Source: Auanema rhodensis (Eukaryota; Animalia; Nematoda). From it: a DNA stretch of 64,000 bases. Both the position numbers and the translations under genes were made by a program. The notes below the pieces were generated by a model that saw nothing but the letters and a program-made list of their open reading frames with translations, did not search any database and was not told the origin of the DNA. How positions within the stretch are numbered: the first letter of the stretch is position 1; every line of letters begins with the position of its first letter. Positions 1 to 15,000 of the stretch are shown in pieces. The DNA is taken from positions 5,394,001-5,458,000 of the forward strand of contig OZ059896.1 in the NCBI GenBank assembly GCA_964057225.1. The letters are read 5' to 3'.

Positions 1-3000
1 TCATAACTAATTTTTGTATTAAGCTTTTCTTAATGTAGTATAGTGCATTCGATGCGGATTTTTAAGCTGCGTCGATCTGTACTATCAGATTTGCGCTAGC
101 TTGAAAATGCACCGAGATATGAACTGATATAAGTTCACACTTATATCCTCGATTTTCACCCTGAAGAATTAATTTTTTCGTTGAATTACATTGTCCATCG
201 TTTTTGCCTTGAAAAAAGGAATCTAAAAACATCTACTTTTCGCTAAATTATTTTGAAATTTTTCGAAAAAATTTTTGTCAAAATGTTTTTGGAAGCAATT
301 TTGAGTGTACATTTAAACTCAACATACACTAATGCATCATTTTTCAAACGATCATAACTTATTTTTGTATTAAGCGTTTCTCAATGTAGTATAGTGCATT
401 CGATGCGGATTTTTAAGCTGCGTCGATCTGTACTATCAGATTTGCGCTAGCTTGAAAATGCACCGAGATATGAACTGATATAAGTTCACACTTATATCCT
501 CGATTTTCACCCTGAAGAATTAATTTTTTCGTTGAATTACATTGTCCATCGTTTTTGCCTTGAAAAAAGGAATCTAAAAACATCTACTTTTCGCTATATT
601 ATTTTGAAATTTTTCGAAAAAATTTTTGTCAAAATGTTTTTGGAAGCAATTTTGAGTGTACATGGAAACTCAACATACACTAATGCATCATTTTTCAAAC
701 GATCATAACTAATTTTTGTATTAAGCGTTTCTCAATGTAGTATAGTGCATTCGATGCGGATTTTTAAGCTGCGTCGATTTGTACTATCAGATTTGCGCTA
801 GCTTGAAAATGCACCGAGATATCAACTGATATAAGTTCACACCTATATCCTCGATTTTCACCCTGAAGAATTAATTTTTTCGTTGAATAACATTGTCCAT
901 CGTTTTTGCCTTGAAAAAAGGAATCTAAAAACATCTACTTTTTGCTAAATTATTTTGAAATTTTTCGAAAAAATTTTTGTCAAAATGTTTTTGGAAGCAA
1001 TTTTGAGTGTACATGGAAACTCAACATACACTAATGCATCATTTTTCAAACGATCATAACTTATTTTTGTATTAAGCGTTTCTCAATGTAGTATAGTGCA
1101 TTCGATGCGGATTTTTAAGCTGCGTCGATCTGTACTATCAGATTTGCGCTAGCTTGAAAATGCACCGAGATATGAACTGATATAAGTTCACACTTATATC
1201 CTCGATTTTCACCCTGAAGAATTAATTTTTTCGTTGAATTACATTGTCCATCGTTTTTGCCTTGAAAAAAGGAATCTAAAAACATCTACTTTTCGCTATA
1301 TTATTTTGAAATTTTTCGAAAAAATTTTTGTCAAAATGTTTTTGGAAGCAATTTTGAGTGTACATGGAAACTCAACATACACTAATGCATCATTTTTCAA
1401 ACGATCATAACTAATTTTTGTATTAAGCGTTTCTCAATGTAGTATAGTGCATTCGATGCGGATTTTTAAGCTGCGTCGATCTGTACTATCAGATTTGCGC
1501 TAGCTTGAAAATGCACCGAGATATGAACTGATATAAGTTCACACTTATATCCTCGATTTTCACCCTGAAGAATTAATTTTTTCGTTGAATTACACTGTCC
1601 ATCGTTTTTGCCTTGAAAAAAGGAATCTAAAAACATCTACTTTTCGCTAAATTATTTTGAAATTTTTCGAAAAAATTTTTGTCAAAATGTTTTTGGAAGC
1701 AATTTTGAGTGTACATGGAAACTCAACATACACTAATGCATCATTTTTCAAACGATCATAACTTATTTTTGTATTAAGCGTTTCTCAATGTAGTATAGTG
1801 CATTCGATGCGGATTTTTAAGCTGCGTCGATCTGTACTATCAGATTTGCGCTAGCTTGAAAATGCACCGAGATATGAACTGATATAAGTTCACACTTATA
1901 TCCTCGATTTTCACCCTGAAGAATTAATTTTTTCGTTGAATAACATTGTCCATCGTTTTTGCCTTGAAAAAAGGAATCTAAAAACATCTACTTTTCGCTA
2001 AATTATTTTGAAATTTTTCGAAAAAATTTTTGTCAAAATGTTTTTGGAAGCAATTTTGAGTGTACATGGAAACTCAACATACACTAATGCATCATTTTTC
2101 AAACGATCATAACTAATTTTTGTATTAAGCGTTTCTCAATGTAGTATAGTGCATTCGATGCGGATTTTTAAGCTGCGTCGATCTGTACTATCAGATTTGC
2201 GCTAGCTTGAAAATGCACCGAGATATGAACTGATATAAGTTCACACTTATATCCTCGATTTTCACCCTGAAGAATTAATTTTTTCGTTGAATTACACTGT
2301 CCATCGTTTTTGCCTTGAAAAAAGGAATCTAAAAACATCTACTTTTCGCTAAATTATTTTGAAATTTTTCGAAAAAATTTTTGTCAAAATGTTTTTGGAA
2401 GCAATTTTGAGTGTACATGGAAACTCAACATACACTAATGCATCATTTTTCAAACGATCATAACTTATTTTTGTATTAAGCGTTTCTCAATGTAGTATAG
2501 TGCATTCGATGCGGATTTTTAAGCTGCGTCGATCTGTACTATCAGATTTGCGCTAGCTTGAAAATGCACCGAGATATGAACTGATATAAGTTCACACTTA
2601 TATCCTCGATTTTCACCCTGAAGAATTAATTTTTTCGTTGAATAACATTGTCCATCGTTTTTGCCTTGAAAAAAGGAATCTAAAAACATCTACTTTTCGC
2701 TAAATTATTTTGAAATTTTTCGAAAAAATTTTTGTCAAAATGTTTTTGGAAGCAATTTTGAGTGTACATGGAAACTCAACATACACTAATGCATCATTTT
2801 TCAAACGATCATAACTTATTTTTGTATTAAGCGTTTCTCAATGTAGTATAGTGCATTCGATGCGGATTTTTAAGCTGCGTCGATCTGTACTATCAGATTT
2901 GCGCTAACTTGAAAATGCACCGAGATATGAACTGATATAAGTTCACACTTATATCCTCGATTTTCACCCTGAAGAATTAATTTTTTCGTTGAATTACACT

Positions 3001-6000
3001 GTCCATCGTTTTTGCCTTGAAAAAAGGAATCTAAAAACATCTACTTTTTGCTAAATTATTTTGAAATTTTTCGAAAAAATTTTTGTCAAAATGTTTTTGG
3101 AAGCAATTTTGAGTGTACATGGAAACTCAACATACACTAATGCATCATTTTTCAAACGATCATAACTTATTTTTGTATTAAGCGTTTCTCAATGTAGTAT
3201 AGTGCATTCGATGCGGATTTTTAAGCTGCGTCGATCTGTACTATCAGATTTGCGCTAGCTTGAAAATGCACCGAGATATCAACTGATATAAGTTCACACT
3301 TATATCCTCGATTTTCACCCTGAAGAATTAATTTTTTCGTTGAATAACATTGTCCATCGTTTTTGCCTCGAAAAAAGGAATCTAAAAACATCTACTTTTC
3401 GCTAAATTATTTTGAAATTTTTCGAAAAAATTTTTGTCAAAATGTTTTTGGAAGCAATTTTGAGTGTACATGGAAACTCAACATACACTAATGCATCATT
3501 TTTCAAACGATCATAACTTATTTTTCTATTAAGCGTTTCTCAATGTAGTATAGTGCATTCGATGCGGATTTTTAAGCTGCGTCGATCTGTACTATCAGAT
3601 TTGCGCTAGCTTGAAAATGCACCGAGATATCAACTGATATAAGTTCACACTTATATCCTCGATTTTCACCCTGAAGAATTAATTTTTTCGTTGAATAACA
3701 TTGTCCATCGTTTTTGCCTCAAAAAAAGGAATCTAAAAACATCTACTTTTCGCTAAATTATTTTGAAATTTTTCGAAAAAATTTTTGTCAAAATGTTTTT
3801 GGAAGCAATTTTGAGTGTACATGGAAACTCAACATACACTATTGCATCATTTTTCAAACGATCATAACTAATTTTTGTATTAAGCGTTTCTCAATGTAGT
3901 ATAGTGCATTCGATGCGGATTTTTAAGCTGCGTCGATCTGTACTATCAGATTTGCGCTAGCTTGAAAATGCACCGAGATATGAACTGATATAAGTTCACA
4001 CTTATATCCTCGATTTTCACCCTGAAGAATTAATTTTTTCGTTGAATTACACTGTCCATCGTTTTTGCCTTGAAAAAAGGAATCTAAAAACATCTACTTT
4101 TCGCTAAATTATTTTGAAATTTTTCGAAAAAATTTTTGTCAAAATGTTTTTGGAAGCAATTTTGAGTGTACATGGAAACTCAACATACACTAATGCATCA
4201 TTTTTCAAACGATCATAACTTATTTTTGTATTAAGCGTTTCTCAATGTAGTATAGTGCATTCGATGCGGATTTTTAAGCTGCGTCGATCTGTACTATCAG
4301 ATTTGCGCTAGCTTGAAAATGCACCGAGATATCAACTGATATAAGTTCACACTTATATCCTCGATTTTCACCCTGAAGAATTAATTTTTTCGTTGAATAA
4401 CATTGTCCATCGTTTTTGCCTCGAAAAAAGGAATCTAAAAACATCTACTTTTCGCTAAATTATTTTGAAATTTTTCGAAAAAATTTTTGTCAAAATGTTT
4501 TTGGAAGCAATTTTGAGTGTACATGGAAACTCAACATACACTAATGCATCATTTTTCAAACGATCATAACTTATTTTTCTATTAAGCGTTTCTCAATGTA
4601 GTATAGTGCATTCGATGCGGATTTTTAAGCTGCGTCGATCTGTACTATCAGATTTGCGCTAGCTTGAAAATGCACCGAGATATGAACTGATATAAGTTCA
4701 CACTTATATCCTCGATTTTCACCCTGAAGAATTAATTTTTTCGTTGAATTACATTGTCCATCGTTTTTGCCTTGAAAAAAGGAATCTAAAAACATCTACT
4801 TTTCGCTAAATTATTTTGAAATTTTTCGAAAAAATTTTTGTCAAAATGTTTTTGGAAGCAATTTTGAGTGTACATGGAAACTCAACATACACTAATGCAT
4901 CATTTTTCAAACGATCATAACTAATTTTTGTATTAAGCTTTTCTTAATGTAGTATAGTGCATTCGATGCGGATTTTTAAGCTGCGTCGATCTGTACTATC
5001 AGATTTGCGCTAGCTTGAAAATGCACCGAGATATCAACTGATATAAGTTCACACTTATATCCTCGATTTTCACCCTGAAGAATTAATTTTTTCGTTGAAT
5101 TACACTGTCCATCGTTTTTGCCTTGAAAAAAGGAATCTAAAAACATCTACTTTTCGCTAAATTATTTTGAAATTTTTCGAAAAAATTTTTGTCAAAATGT
5201 TTTTGGAAGCAATTTTGAGTGTACATGGAAACTCAACATACACTAATGCATCATTTTTCAAACGATCATAACTTATTTTTGTATTAAGCGTTTCTCAATG
5301 TAGTATAGTGCATTCGATGCGGATTTTTAAGCTGCGTCGATCTGTACTATCAGATTTGCGCTAGCTTGAAAATGCACCGAGATATCAACTGATATAAGTT
5401 CACACTTATATCCTCGATTTTCACCCTGAAGAATTAATTTTTTCGTTGAATAACATTGTCCATCGTTTTTGCCTCGAAAAAAGGAATCTAAAAACATCTA
5501 CTTTTCGCTAAATTATTTTGAAATTTTTCGAAAAAATTTTTGTCAAAATGTTTTTGGAAGCAATTTTGAGTGTACATGGAAACTCAACATACACTAATGC
5601 ATCATTTTTCAAACGATCATAACTTATTTTTCTATTAAGCGTTTCTCAATGTAGTATAGTGCATTCGATGCGGATTTTTAAGCTGCGTCGATCTGTACTA
5701 TCAGATTTGCGCTAGCTTGAAAATGCACCGAGATATCAACTGATATAAGTTCACACTTATATCCTCGATTTTCACCCTGAAGAATTAATTTTTTCGTTGA
5801 ATAACATTGTCCATCGTTTTTGCCTCAAAAAAAGGAATCTAAAAACATCTACTTTTCGCTAAATTATTTTGAAATTTTTCGAAAAAATTTTTGTCAAAAT
5901 GTTTTTGGAAGCAATTTTGAGTGTACATGGAAACTCAACATACACTATTGCATCATTTTTCAAACGATCATAACTAATTTTTGTATTAAGCGTTTCTTAA

Positions 6001-9000
6001 TGTAGTATAGTGCATTCGATGCGGATTTTTAAGCTGCGTCGATCTGTACTATCAGATTTGCGCTAGCTTGAAAATGCACCGAGATATGAACTGATATAAG
6101 TTCACACTTATATCCTCGATTTTCACCCTGAAGAATTAATTTTTTCGTTGAATTACATTGTCCATCGTTTTTGCCTTGAAAAAAGGAATCTAAAAACATC
6201 TACTTTTCGCTAAATTATTTTGAAATTTTTCGAAAAAATTTTTGTCAAAATGTTTTTGGAAGCAATTTTGAGTGTACATGGAAACTCAACATACACTAAT
6301 GCATCATTTTTCAAACGATCATAACTAATTTTTGTATTAAGCGTTTCTCAATGTAGTATAGTGCATTCGATGCGGATTTTTAAGCTGCGTCGATCTGTAC
6401 TATCAGATTTGCGCTAGCTTGAAAATGCACCGAGATATCAACTGATATAAGTTCACACTTATATCCTCGATTTTCACCCTGAAGAATTAATTTTTTCGTT
6501 GAATAACATTGTCCATCGTTTTTGCCTCAAAAAAAGGAATCTAAAAACATCTACTTTTCGCTAAATTATTTTGAAATTTTTCGAAAAAATTTTTGTCAAA
6601 ATGTTTTTGGAAGCAATTTTGAGTGTACATGGAAACTCAACATACACTATTGCATCATTTTTCAAACGATCATAACTAATTTTTGTATTAAGCGTTTCTT
6701 AATGTAGTATAGTGCATTCGATGCGGATTTTTAAGCTGCGTCGATCTGTACTATCAGATTTGCGCTAGCTTGAAAATGCACCGAGATATGAACTGATATA
6801 AGTTCACACTTATATCCTCGATTTTCACCCTGAAGAATTAATTTTTTCGTTGAATTACATTGTCCATCGTTTTTGCCTTGAAAAAAGGAATCTAAAAACA
6901 TCTACTTTTCGCTAAATTATTTTGAAATTTTTCGAAAAAATTTTTGTCAAAATGTTTTTGGAAGCAATTTTGAGTGTACATGGAAACTCAACATACACTA
7001 ATGCATCATTTTTCAAACGATCATAACTAATTTTTGTATTAAGCTTTTCTTAATGTAGTATAGTGCATTCGATGCGGATTTTTAAGCTGCGTCGATCTGT
7101 ACTATCAGATTTGCGCTAGCTTGAAAATGCACCGAGATATGAACTGATATAAGTTCACACTTATATCCTCGATTTTCACCCTGAAGAATTAATTTTTTCG
7201 TTGAATTACATTGTCCATCGTTTTTGCCTTGAAAAAAGGAATCTAAAAACATCTACTTTTCGCTAAATTATTTTGAAATTTTTCGAAAAAATTTTTGTCA
7301 AAATGTTTTTGGAAGCAATTTTGAGTGTACATGGAAACTCAACATACACTAATGCATCATTTTTCAAACGATCATAACTTATTTTTGTATTAAGCGTTTC
7401 TCAATGTAGTAAAGTGCATTCGATGCGGATTTTTAAGCTGCGTCGATCTGTACTATCAGATTTGCGCTAGCTTGAAAATGCACCGAGATATCAACTGATA
7501 TAAGTTCACACTTATATCCTCGATTTTCACCCTGAAGAATTAATTTTTTCGTTGAATAACATTGTCCATCGTTTTTGCCTCGAAAAAAGGAATCTAAAAA
7601 CATCTACTTTTCGCTAAATTATTTTGAAATTTTTCGAAAAAATTTTTGTCAAAATGTTTTTGGAAGCAATTTTGAGTGTACATGGAAACTCAACATACAC
7701 TAATGCATCATTTTTCAAACGATCATAACTTATTTTTCTATTAAGCGTTTCTCAATGTAGTATAGTGCATTCGATGCGGATTTTTAAGCTGCGTCGATCT
7801 GTACTATCAGATTTGCGCTAGCTTGAAAATGCACCGAGATATCAACTGATATAAGTTCACACTTATATCCTCGATTTTCACCCTGAAGAATTAATTTTTT
7901 CGTTGAATAACATTGTCCATCGTTTTTGCCTCAAAAAAAGGAATCTAAAAACATCTACTTTTCGCTAAATTATTTTGAAATTTTTCGAAAAAATTTTTGT
8001 CAAAATGTTTTTGGAAGCAATTTTGAGTGTACATGGAAACTCAACATACACTATTGCATCATTTTTCAAACGATCATAACTAATTTTTGTATTAAGCTTT
8101 TCTTAATGTAGTATAGTGCATTCGATGCGGATTTTTAAGCTGCGTCGATCTGTACTATCAGATTTGCGCTAGCTTGAAAATGCACCGAGATATGAACTGA
8201 TATAAGTTCACACTTATATCCTCGATTTTCACCCTGAAGAATTAATTTTTTCGTTGAATTACATTGTCCATCGTTTTTGCCTTGAAAAAAGGAATCTAAA
8301 AACATCTACTTTTCGCTAAATTATTTTGAAATTTTTCGAAAAAATTTTTGTCAAAATGTTTTTGGAAGCAATTTTGAGTGTACATGGAAACTCAACATAC
8401 ACTAATGCATCATTTTTCAAACGATCATAACTTATTTTTGTATTAAGCGTTTCTCAATGTAGTATAGTGCATTCGATGCGGATTTTTAAGCTGCGTCGAT
8501 CTGTACTATCAGATTTGCGCTAGCTTGAAAATGCACCGAGATATCAACTGATATAAGTTCACACTTATATCCTCGATTTTCACCCTGAAGAATTAATTTT
8601 TTCGTTGAATAACATTGTCCATCGTTTTTGCCTCAAAAAAAGGAATCTAAAAACATCTACTTTTCGCTAAATTATTTTGAAATTTTTCGAAAAAATTTTT
8701 GTCAAAATGTTTTTGGAAGCAATTTTGAGTGTACATGGAAACTCAACATACACTAATGCATCATTTTTCAAACGATCATAACTAATTTTTGTATTAAGCG
8801 TTTCTCAATGTAGTATAGTGCATTCGATGCGGATTTTTAAGCTGCGTCGATCTGTACTATCAGATTTGCGCTAGCTTGAAAATGCACCGAGATATGAACT
8901 GATATAAGTTCACACTTATATCCTCGATTTTCACCCTGAAGAATTAATTTTTTCGTTGAATAACATTGTCCATCGTTTTTGCCTCAAAAAAAGGAATCTA

Positions 9001-12000
9001 AAAACATCTACTTTTCGCTAAATTATTTTGAAATTTTTCGAAAAAATTTTTGTCAAAATGTTTTTGGAAGCAATTTTGAGTGTACATGGAAACTCAACAT
9101 ACACTATTGCATCATTTTTCAAACGATCATAACTAATTTTTGTATTAAGCTTTTCTTAATGTAGTATAGTGCATTCGATGCGGATTTTTAAGCTGCGTCG
9201 ATCTGTACTATCAGATTTGCGCTAGCTTGAAAATGCACCGAGATATGAACTGATATAAGTTCACACTTATATCCTCGATTTTCACCCTGAAGAATTAATT
9301 TTTTCGTTGAATAACATTGTCCATCGTTTTTGCCTCGAAAAAAGGAATCTAAAAACATCTACTTTTCGCTAAATTATTTTGAAATTTTTCGAAAAAATTT
9401 TTGTCAAAATGTTTTTGGAAGCAATTTTGAGTGTACATGGAAACTCAACATACACTAATGCATCATTTTTCAAACGATCATAACTTATTTTTGTATTAAG
9501 CGTTTCTCAATGTAGTATAGTGCATTCGATGCGGATTTTTAAGCTGCGTCGATCTGTACTATCAGATTTGCGCTAGCTTGAAAATGCACCGAGATATCAA
9601 CTGATATAAGTTCACACTTATATCCTCGATTTTCACCCTGAAGAATTAATTTTTTCGTTGAATAACATTGTCCATCGTTTTTGCCTCAAAAAAAGGAATC
9701 TAAAAACATCTACTTTTCGCTAAATTATTTTGAAATTTTTCGAAAAAATTTTTGTCAAAATGTTTTTGGAAGCAATTTTGAGTGTACATGGAAACTCAAC
9801 ATACACTATTGCATCATTTTTCAAACGATCATAACTAATTTTTGTATTAAGCTTTTCTTAATGTAGTATAGTGCATTCGATGCGGATTTTTAAGCTGCGT
9901 CGATCTGTACTATCAGATTTGCGCTAGCTTGAAAATGCACCGAGATATGAACTGATATAAGTTCACACTTATATCCTCGATTTTCACCCTGAAGAATTAA
10001 TTTTTTCGTTGAATAACATTGTCCATCGTTTTTGCCTCGAAAAAAGGAATCTAAAAACATCTACTTTTCGCTAAATTATTTTGAAATTTTTCGAAAAAAT
10101 TTTTGTCAAAATGTTTTTGGAAGCAATTTTGAGTGTACATGGAAACTCAACATACACTAATGCATCATTTTTCAAACGATCATAACTTATTTTTGTATTA
10201 AGCGTTTCTCAATGTAGTATAGTGCATTCGATGCGGATTTTTAAGCTGCGTCGATCTGTACTATCAGATTTGCGCTAGCTTGAAAATGCACCGAGATATG
10301 AACTGATATAAGTTCACACTTATATCCTCGATTTTCACCCTGAAGAATTAATTTTTTCGTTGAATAACATTGTCCATCGTTTTTGCCTCGAAAAAAGGAA
10401 TCTAAAAACATCTACTTTTCGCTAAATTATTTTGAAATTTTTCGAAAAAATTTTTGTCAAAATGTTTTTGGAAGCAATTTTGAGTGTACATGGAAACTCA
10501 ACATACACTAATGCATCATTTTTCAAACGATCATAACTTATTTTTGTATTAAGCGTTTCTCAATGTAGTATAGTGCATTCGATGCGGATTTTTAAGCTGC
10601 GTCGATCTGTACTATCAGATTTGCGCTAGCTTGAAAATGCACCGAGATATCAACTGATATAAGTTCACACTTATATCCTCGATTTTCACCCTGAAGAATT
10701 AATTTTTTCGTTGAATAACATTGTCCATCGTTTTTGCCTCAAAAAAAGGAATCTAAAAACATCTACTTTTCGCTAAATTATTTTGAAATTTTTCGAAAAA
10801 ATTTTTGTCAAAATGTTTTTGGAAGCAATTTTGAGTGTACATGGAAACTCAACATACACTATTGCATCATTTTTCAAACGATCATAACTAATTTTTGTAT
10901 TAAGCTTTTCTTAATGTAGTATAGTGCATTCGATGCGGATTTTTAAGCTGCGTCGATCTGTACTATCAGATTTGCGCTAGCTTGAAAATGCACCGAGATA
11001 TGAACTGATATAAGTTCACACTTATATCCTCGATTTTCACCCTGAAGAATTAATTTTTTCGTTGAATTACATTGTCCATCGTTTTTGCCTTGAAAAAAGG
11101 AATCTAAAAACATCTACTTTTCGCTAAATTATTTTGAAATTTTTCGAAAAAATTTTTGTCAAAATGTTTTTGGAAGCAATTTTGAGTGTACATGGAAACT
11201 CAACATACACTAATGCATCATTTTTCAAACGATCATAACTAATTTTTGTATTAAGCGTTTCTCAATGTAGTATAGTGCATTCGATGCGGATTTTTAAGCT
11301 GCGTCGATCTGTACTATCAGATTTGCGCTAGCTTGAAAATGCACCGAGATATGAACTGATATAAGTTCACACTTATATCCTCGATTTTCACCCTGAAGAA
11401 TTAATTTTTTCGTTGAATAACATTGTCCATCGTTTTTGCCTTGAAAAAAGGAATCTAAAAACATCTACTTTTCGCTAAATTATTTTGAAATTTTTCGAAA
11501 AAATTTTTGTCAAAATGTTTTTGGAAGCAATTTTGAGTGTACATGGAAACTCAACATACACTAATGCATCATTTTTCAAACGATCATAACTAATTTTTGT
11601 ATTAAGCGTTTCTCAATGTAGTATAGTGCATTCGATGCGGATTTTTAAGCTGCGTCGATCTGTACTATCAGATTTGCGCTAGCTTGAAAATGCACCGAGA
11701 TATCAACTGATATAAGTTCACACCTATATCCTCGATTTTCACCCTGAAGAATTAATTTTTTCGTTGAATAACATTGTCCATCGTTTTTGCCTTGAAAAAA
11801 GGAATCTAAAAACATCTACTTTTCGCTAAATTATTTTGAAATTTTTCGAAAAAATTTTTGTCAAAATGTTTTTGGAAGCAATTTTGAGTGTACATGGAAA
11901 CTCAACATACACTAATGCATCATTTTTCAAACGATCATAACTTATTTTTGTATTAAGCGTTTCTCAATGTAGTATAGTGCATTCGATGCGGATTTTTAAG

Positions 12001-15000
12001 CTGCGTCGATCTGTACTATCAGATTTGCGCTAGCTTGAAAATGCACCGAGATATCAACTGATATAAGTTCACACTTATATCCTCGATTTTCACCCTGAAG
12101 AATTAATTTTTTCGTTGAATTACATTGTCCATCGTTTTTGCCTTGAAAAAAGGAATCTAAAAACATCTACTTTTCGCTAAATTATTTTGAAATTTTTCGA
12201 AAAAATTTTTGTCAAAATGTTTTTGGAAGCAATTTTGAGTGTACATGGAAACTCAACATACACTAATGCATCATTTTTCAAACGATCATAACTTATTTTT
12301 GTATTAAGCGTTTCTCAATGTAGTATAGTGCATTCGATGCGGATTTTTAAGCTGCGTCGATCTGTACTATCAGATTTGCGCTAGCTTGAAAATGCACCGA
12401 GATATCAACTGATATAAGTTCACACTTATATCCTCGATTTTCACCCTGAAGAATTAATTTTTTCGTTGAATTACATTGTCCATCGTTTTTGCCTTGAAAA
12501 AAGGAATCTAAAAACATCTACTTTTCGCTAAATTATTTTGAAATTTTTCGAAAAAATTTTTGTCAAAATGTTTTTGGAAGCAATTTTGAGTGTACATGGA
12601 AACTCAACATACACTAATGCATCATTTTTCAAACGATCATAACTTATTTTTGTATTAAGCGTTTCTCAATGTAGTATAGTGCATTCGATGCGGATTTTTA
12701 AGCTGCGTCGATCTGTACTATCAGATTTGCGCTAGCTTGAAAATGCACCGAGATATCAACTGATATAAGTTCACACTTATATCCTCGATTTTCACCCTGA
12801 AGAATTAATTTTTTCGTTGAATTACATTGTCCATCGTTTTTGCCTTGAAAAAAGGAATCTAAAAACATCTACTTTTCGCTAAATTATTTTGAAATTTTTC
12901 GAAAAAATTTTTGTCAAAATGTTTTTGGAAGCAATTTTGAGTGTACATGGAAACTCAACATACACTAATGCATCATTTTTCAAACGATCATAACTTATTT
13001 TTGTATTAAGCGTTTCTCAATGTAGTATAGTGCATTCGATGCGGATTTTTAAGCTGCGTCGATCTGTACTATCAGATTTGCGCTAGCTTGAAAATGCACC
13101 GAGATATCAACTGATATAAGTTCACACTTATATCCTCGATTTTCACCCTGAAGAATTAATTTTTTCGTTGAATAACATTGTCCATCGTTTTTGCCTCAAA
13201 AAAAGGAATCTAAAAACATCTACTTTTCGCTAAATTATTTTGAAATTTTTCGAAAAAATTTTTGTCAAAATGTTTTTGGAAGCAATTTTGAGTGTACATG
13301 GAAACTCAACATACACTAATGCATCATTTTTCAAACGATCATAACTAATTTTTGTATTAAGCGTTTCTCAATGTAGTATAGTGCATTCGATGCGGATTTT
13401 TAAGCTGCGTCGATCTGTACTATCAGATTTGCGCTAGCTTGAAAATGCACCGAGATATGAACTGATATAAGTTCACACTTATATCCTCGATTTTCACCCT
13501 GAAGAATTAATTTTTTCGTTGAATTACACTGTCCATCGTTTTTGCCTTGAAAAAAGGAATCTAAAAACATCTACTTTTCGCTAAATTATTTTGAAATTTT
13601 TCGAAAAAATTTTTGTCAAAATGTTTTTGGAAGCAATTTTGAGTGTACATGGAAACTCAACATACACTAATGCATCATTTTTCAAACGATCATAACTTAT
13701 TTTTGTATTAAGCGTTTCTCAATGTAGTATAGTGCATTCGATGCGGATTTTTAAGCTGCGTCGATCTGTACTATCAGATTTGCGCTAGCTTGAAAATGCA
13801 CCGAGATATCAACTGATATAAGTTCACACTTATATCCTCGATTTTCACCCTGAAGAATTAATTTTTTCGTTGAATAACATTGTCCATCGTTTTTGCCTCG
13901 AAAAAAGGAATCTAAAAACATCTACTTTTCGCTAAATTATTTTGAAATTTTTCGAAAAAATTTTTGTCAAAATGTTTTTGGAAGCAATTTTGAGTGTACA
14001 TGGAAACTCAACATACACTAATGCATCATTTTTCAAACGATCATAACTTATTTTTGTATTAAGCGTTTCTCAATGTAGTATAGTGCATTCGATGCGGATT
14101 TTTAAGCTGCGTCGATCTGTACTATCAGATTTGCGCTAGCTTGAAAATGCACCGAGATATCAACTGATATAAGTTCACACTTATATCCTCGATTTTCACC
14201 CTGAAGAATTAATTTTTTCGTTGAATAACATTGTCCATCGTTTTTGCCTCAAAAAAAGGAATCTAAAAACATCTACTTTTCGCTAAATTACTTTGAAATT
14301 TTTCGAAAAAATTTTTGTCAAAATGTTTTTGGAAGCAATTTTGAGTGTACATGGAAACTCAACATACACTATTGCATCATTTTTCAAACGATCATAACTA
14401 ATTTTTGTATTAAGCTTTTCTTAATGTAGTATAGTGCATTCGATGCGGATTTTTAAGCTGCGTCGATCTGTACTATCAGTTTTGCGCTAGCTTGAAAATG
14501 CACCGAGATATGAACTGATATAAGTTCACACTTATATCCTCGATTTTCACCCTGAAGAATTAATTTTTTCGTTGAATTACATTGTCCATCGTTTTTGCCT
14601 TGAAAAAAGGAATCTAAAAACATCTACTTTTCGCTAAATTATTTTGAAATTTTTCGAAAAAATTTTTGTCAAAATGTTTTTGGAAGCAATTTTGAGTGTA
14701 CATGGAAACTCAACATACACTAATGCATCATTTTTCAAACGATCATAACTTATTTTTGTATTGAGCGTTTCTTAATGTAGTATAGTACATTCGATGCGGA
14801 TTTTTAAGCTGCGTCGATCTGTACTATCAGATTTGCGCTAGCTTGAAAATGCACCGAGATATCAACTGATATAAGTTCACACTTATATCCTCGATTTTCA
14901 CCCTGAAGAATTAATTTTTTCGTTGAATAACATTGTCCATCGTTTTTGCCTCAAAAAAAGGAATCTAAAAACATCTACTTTTCGCTAAATTATTTTGAAA

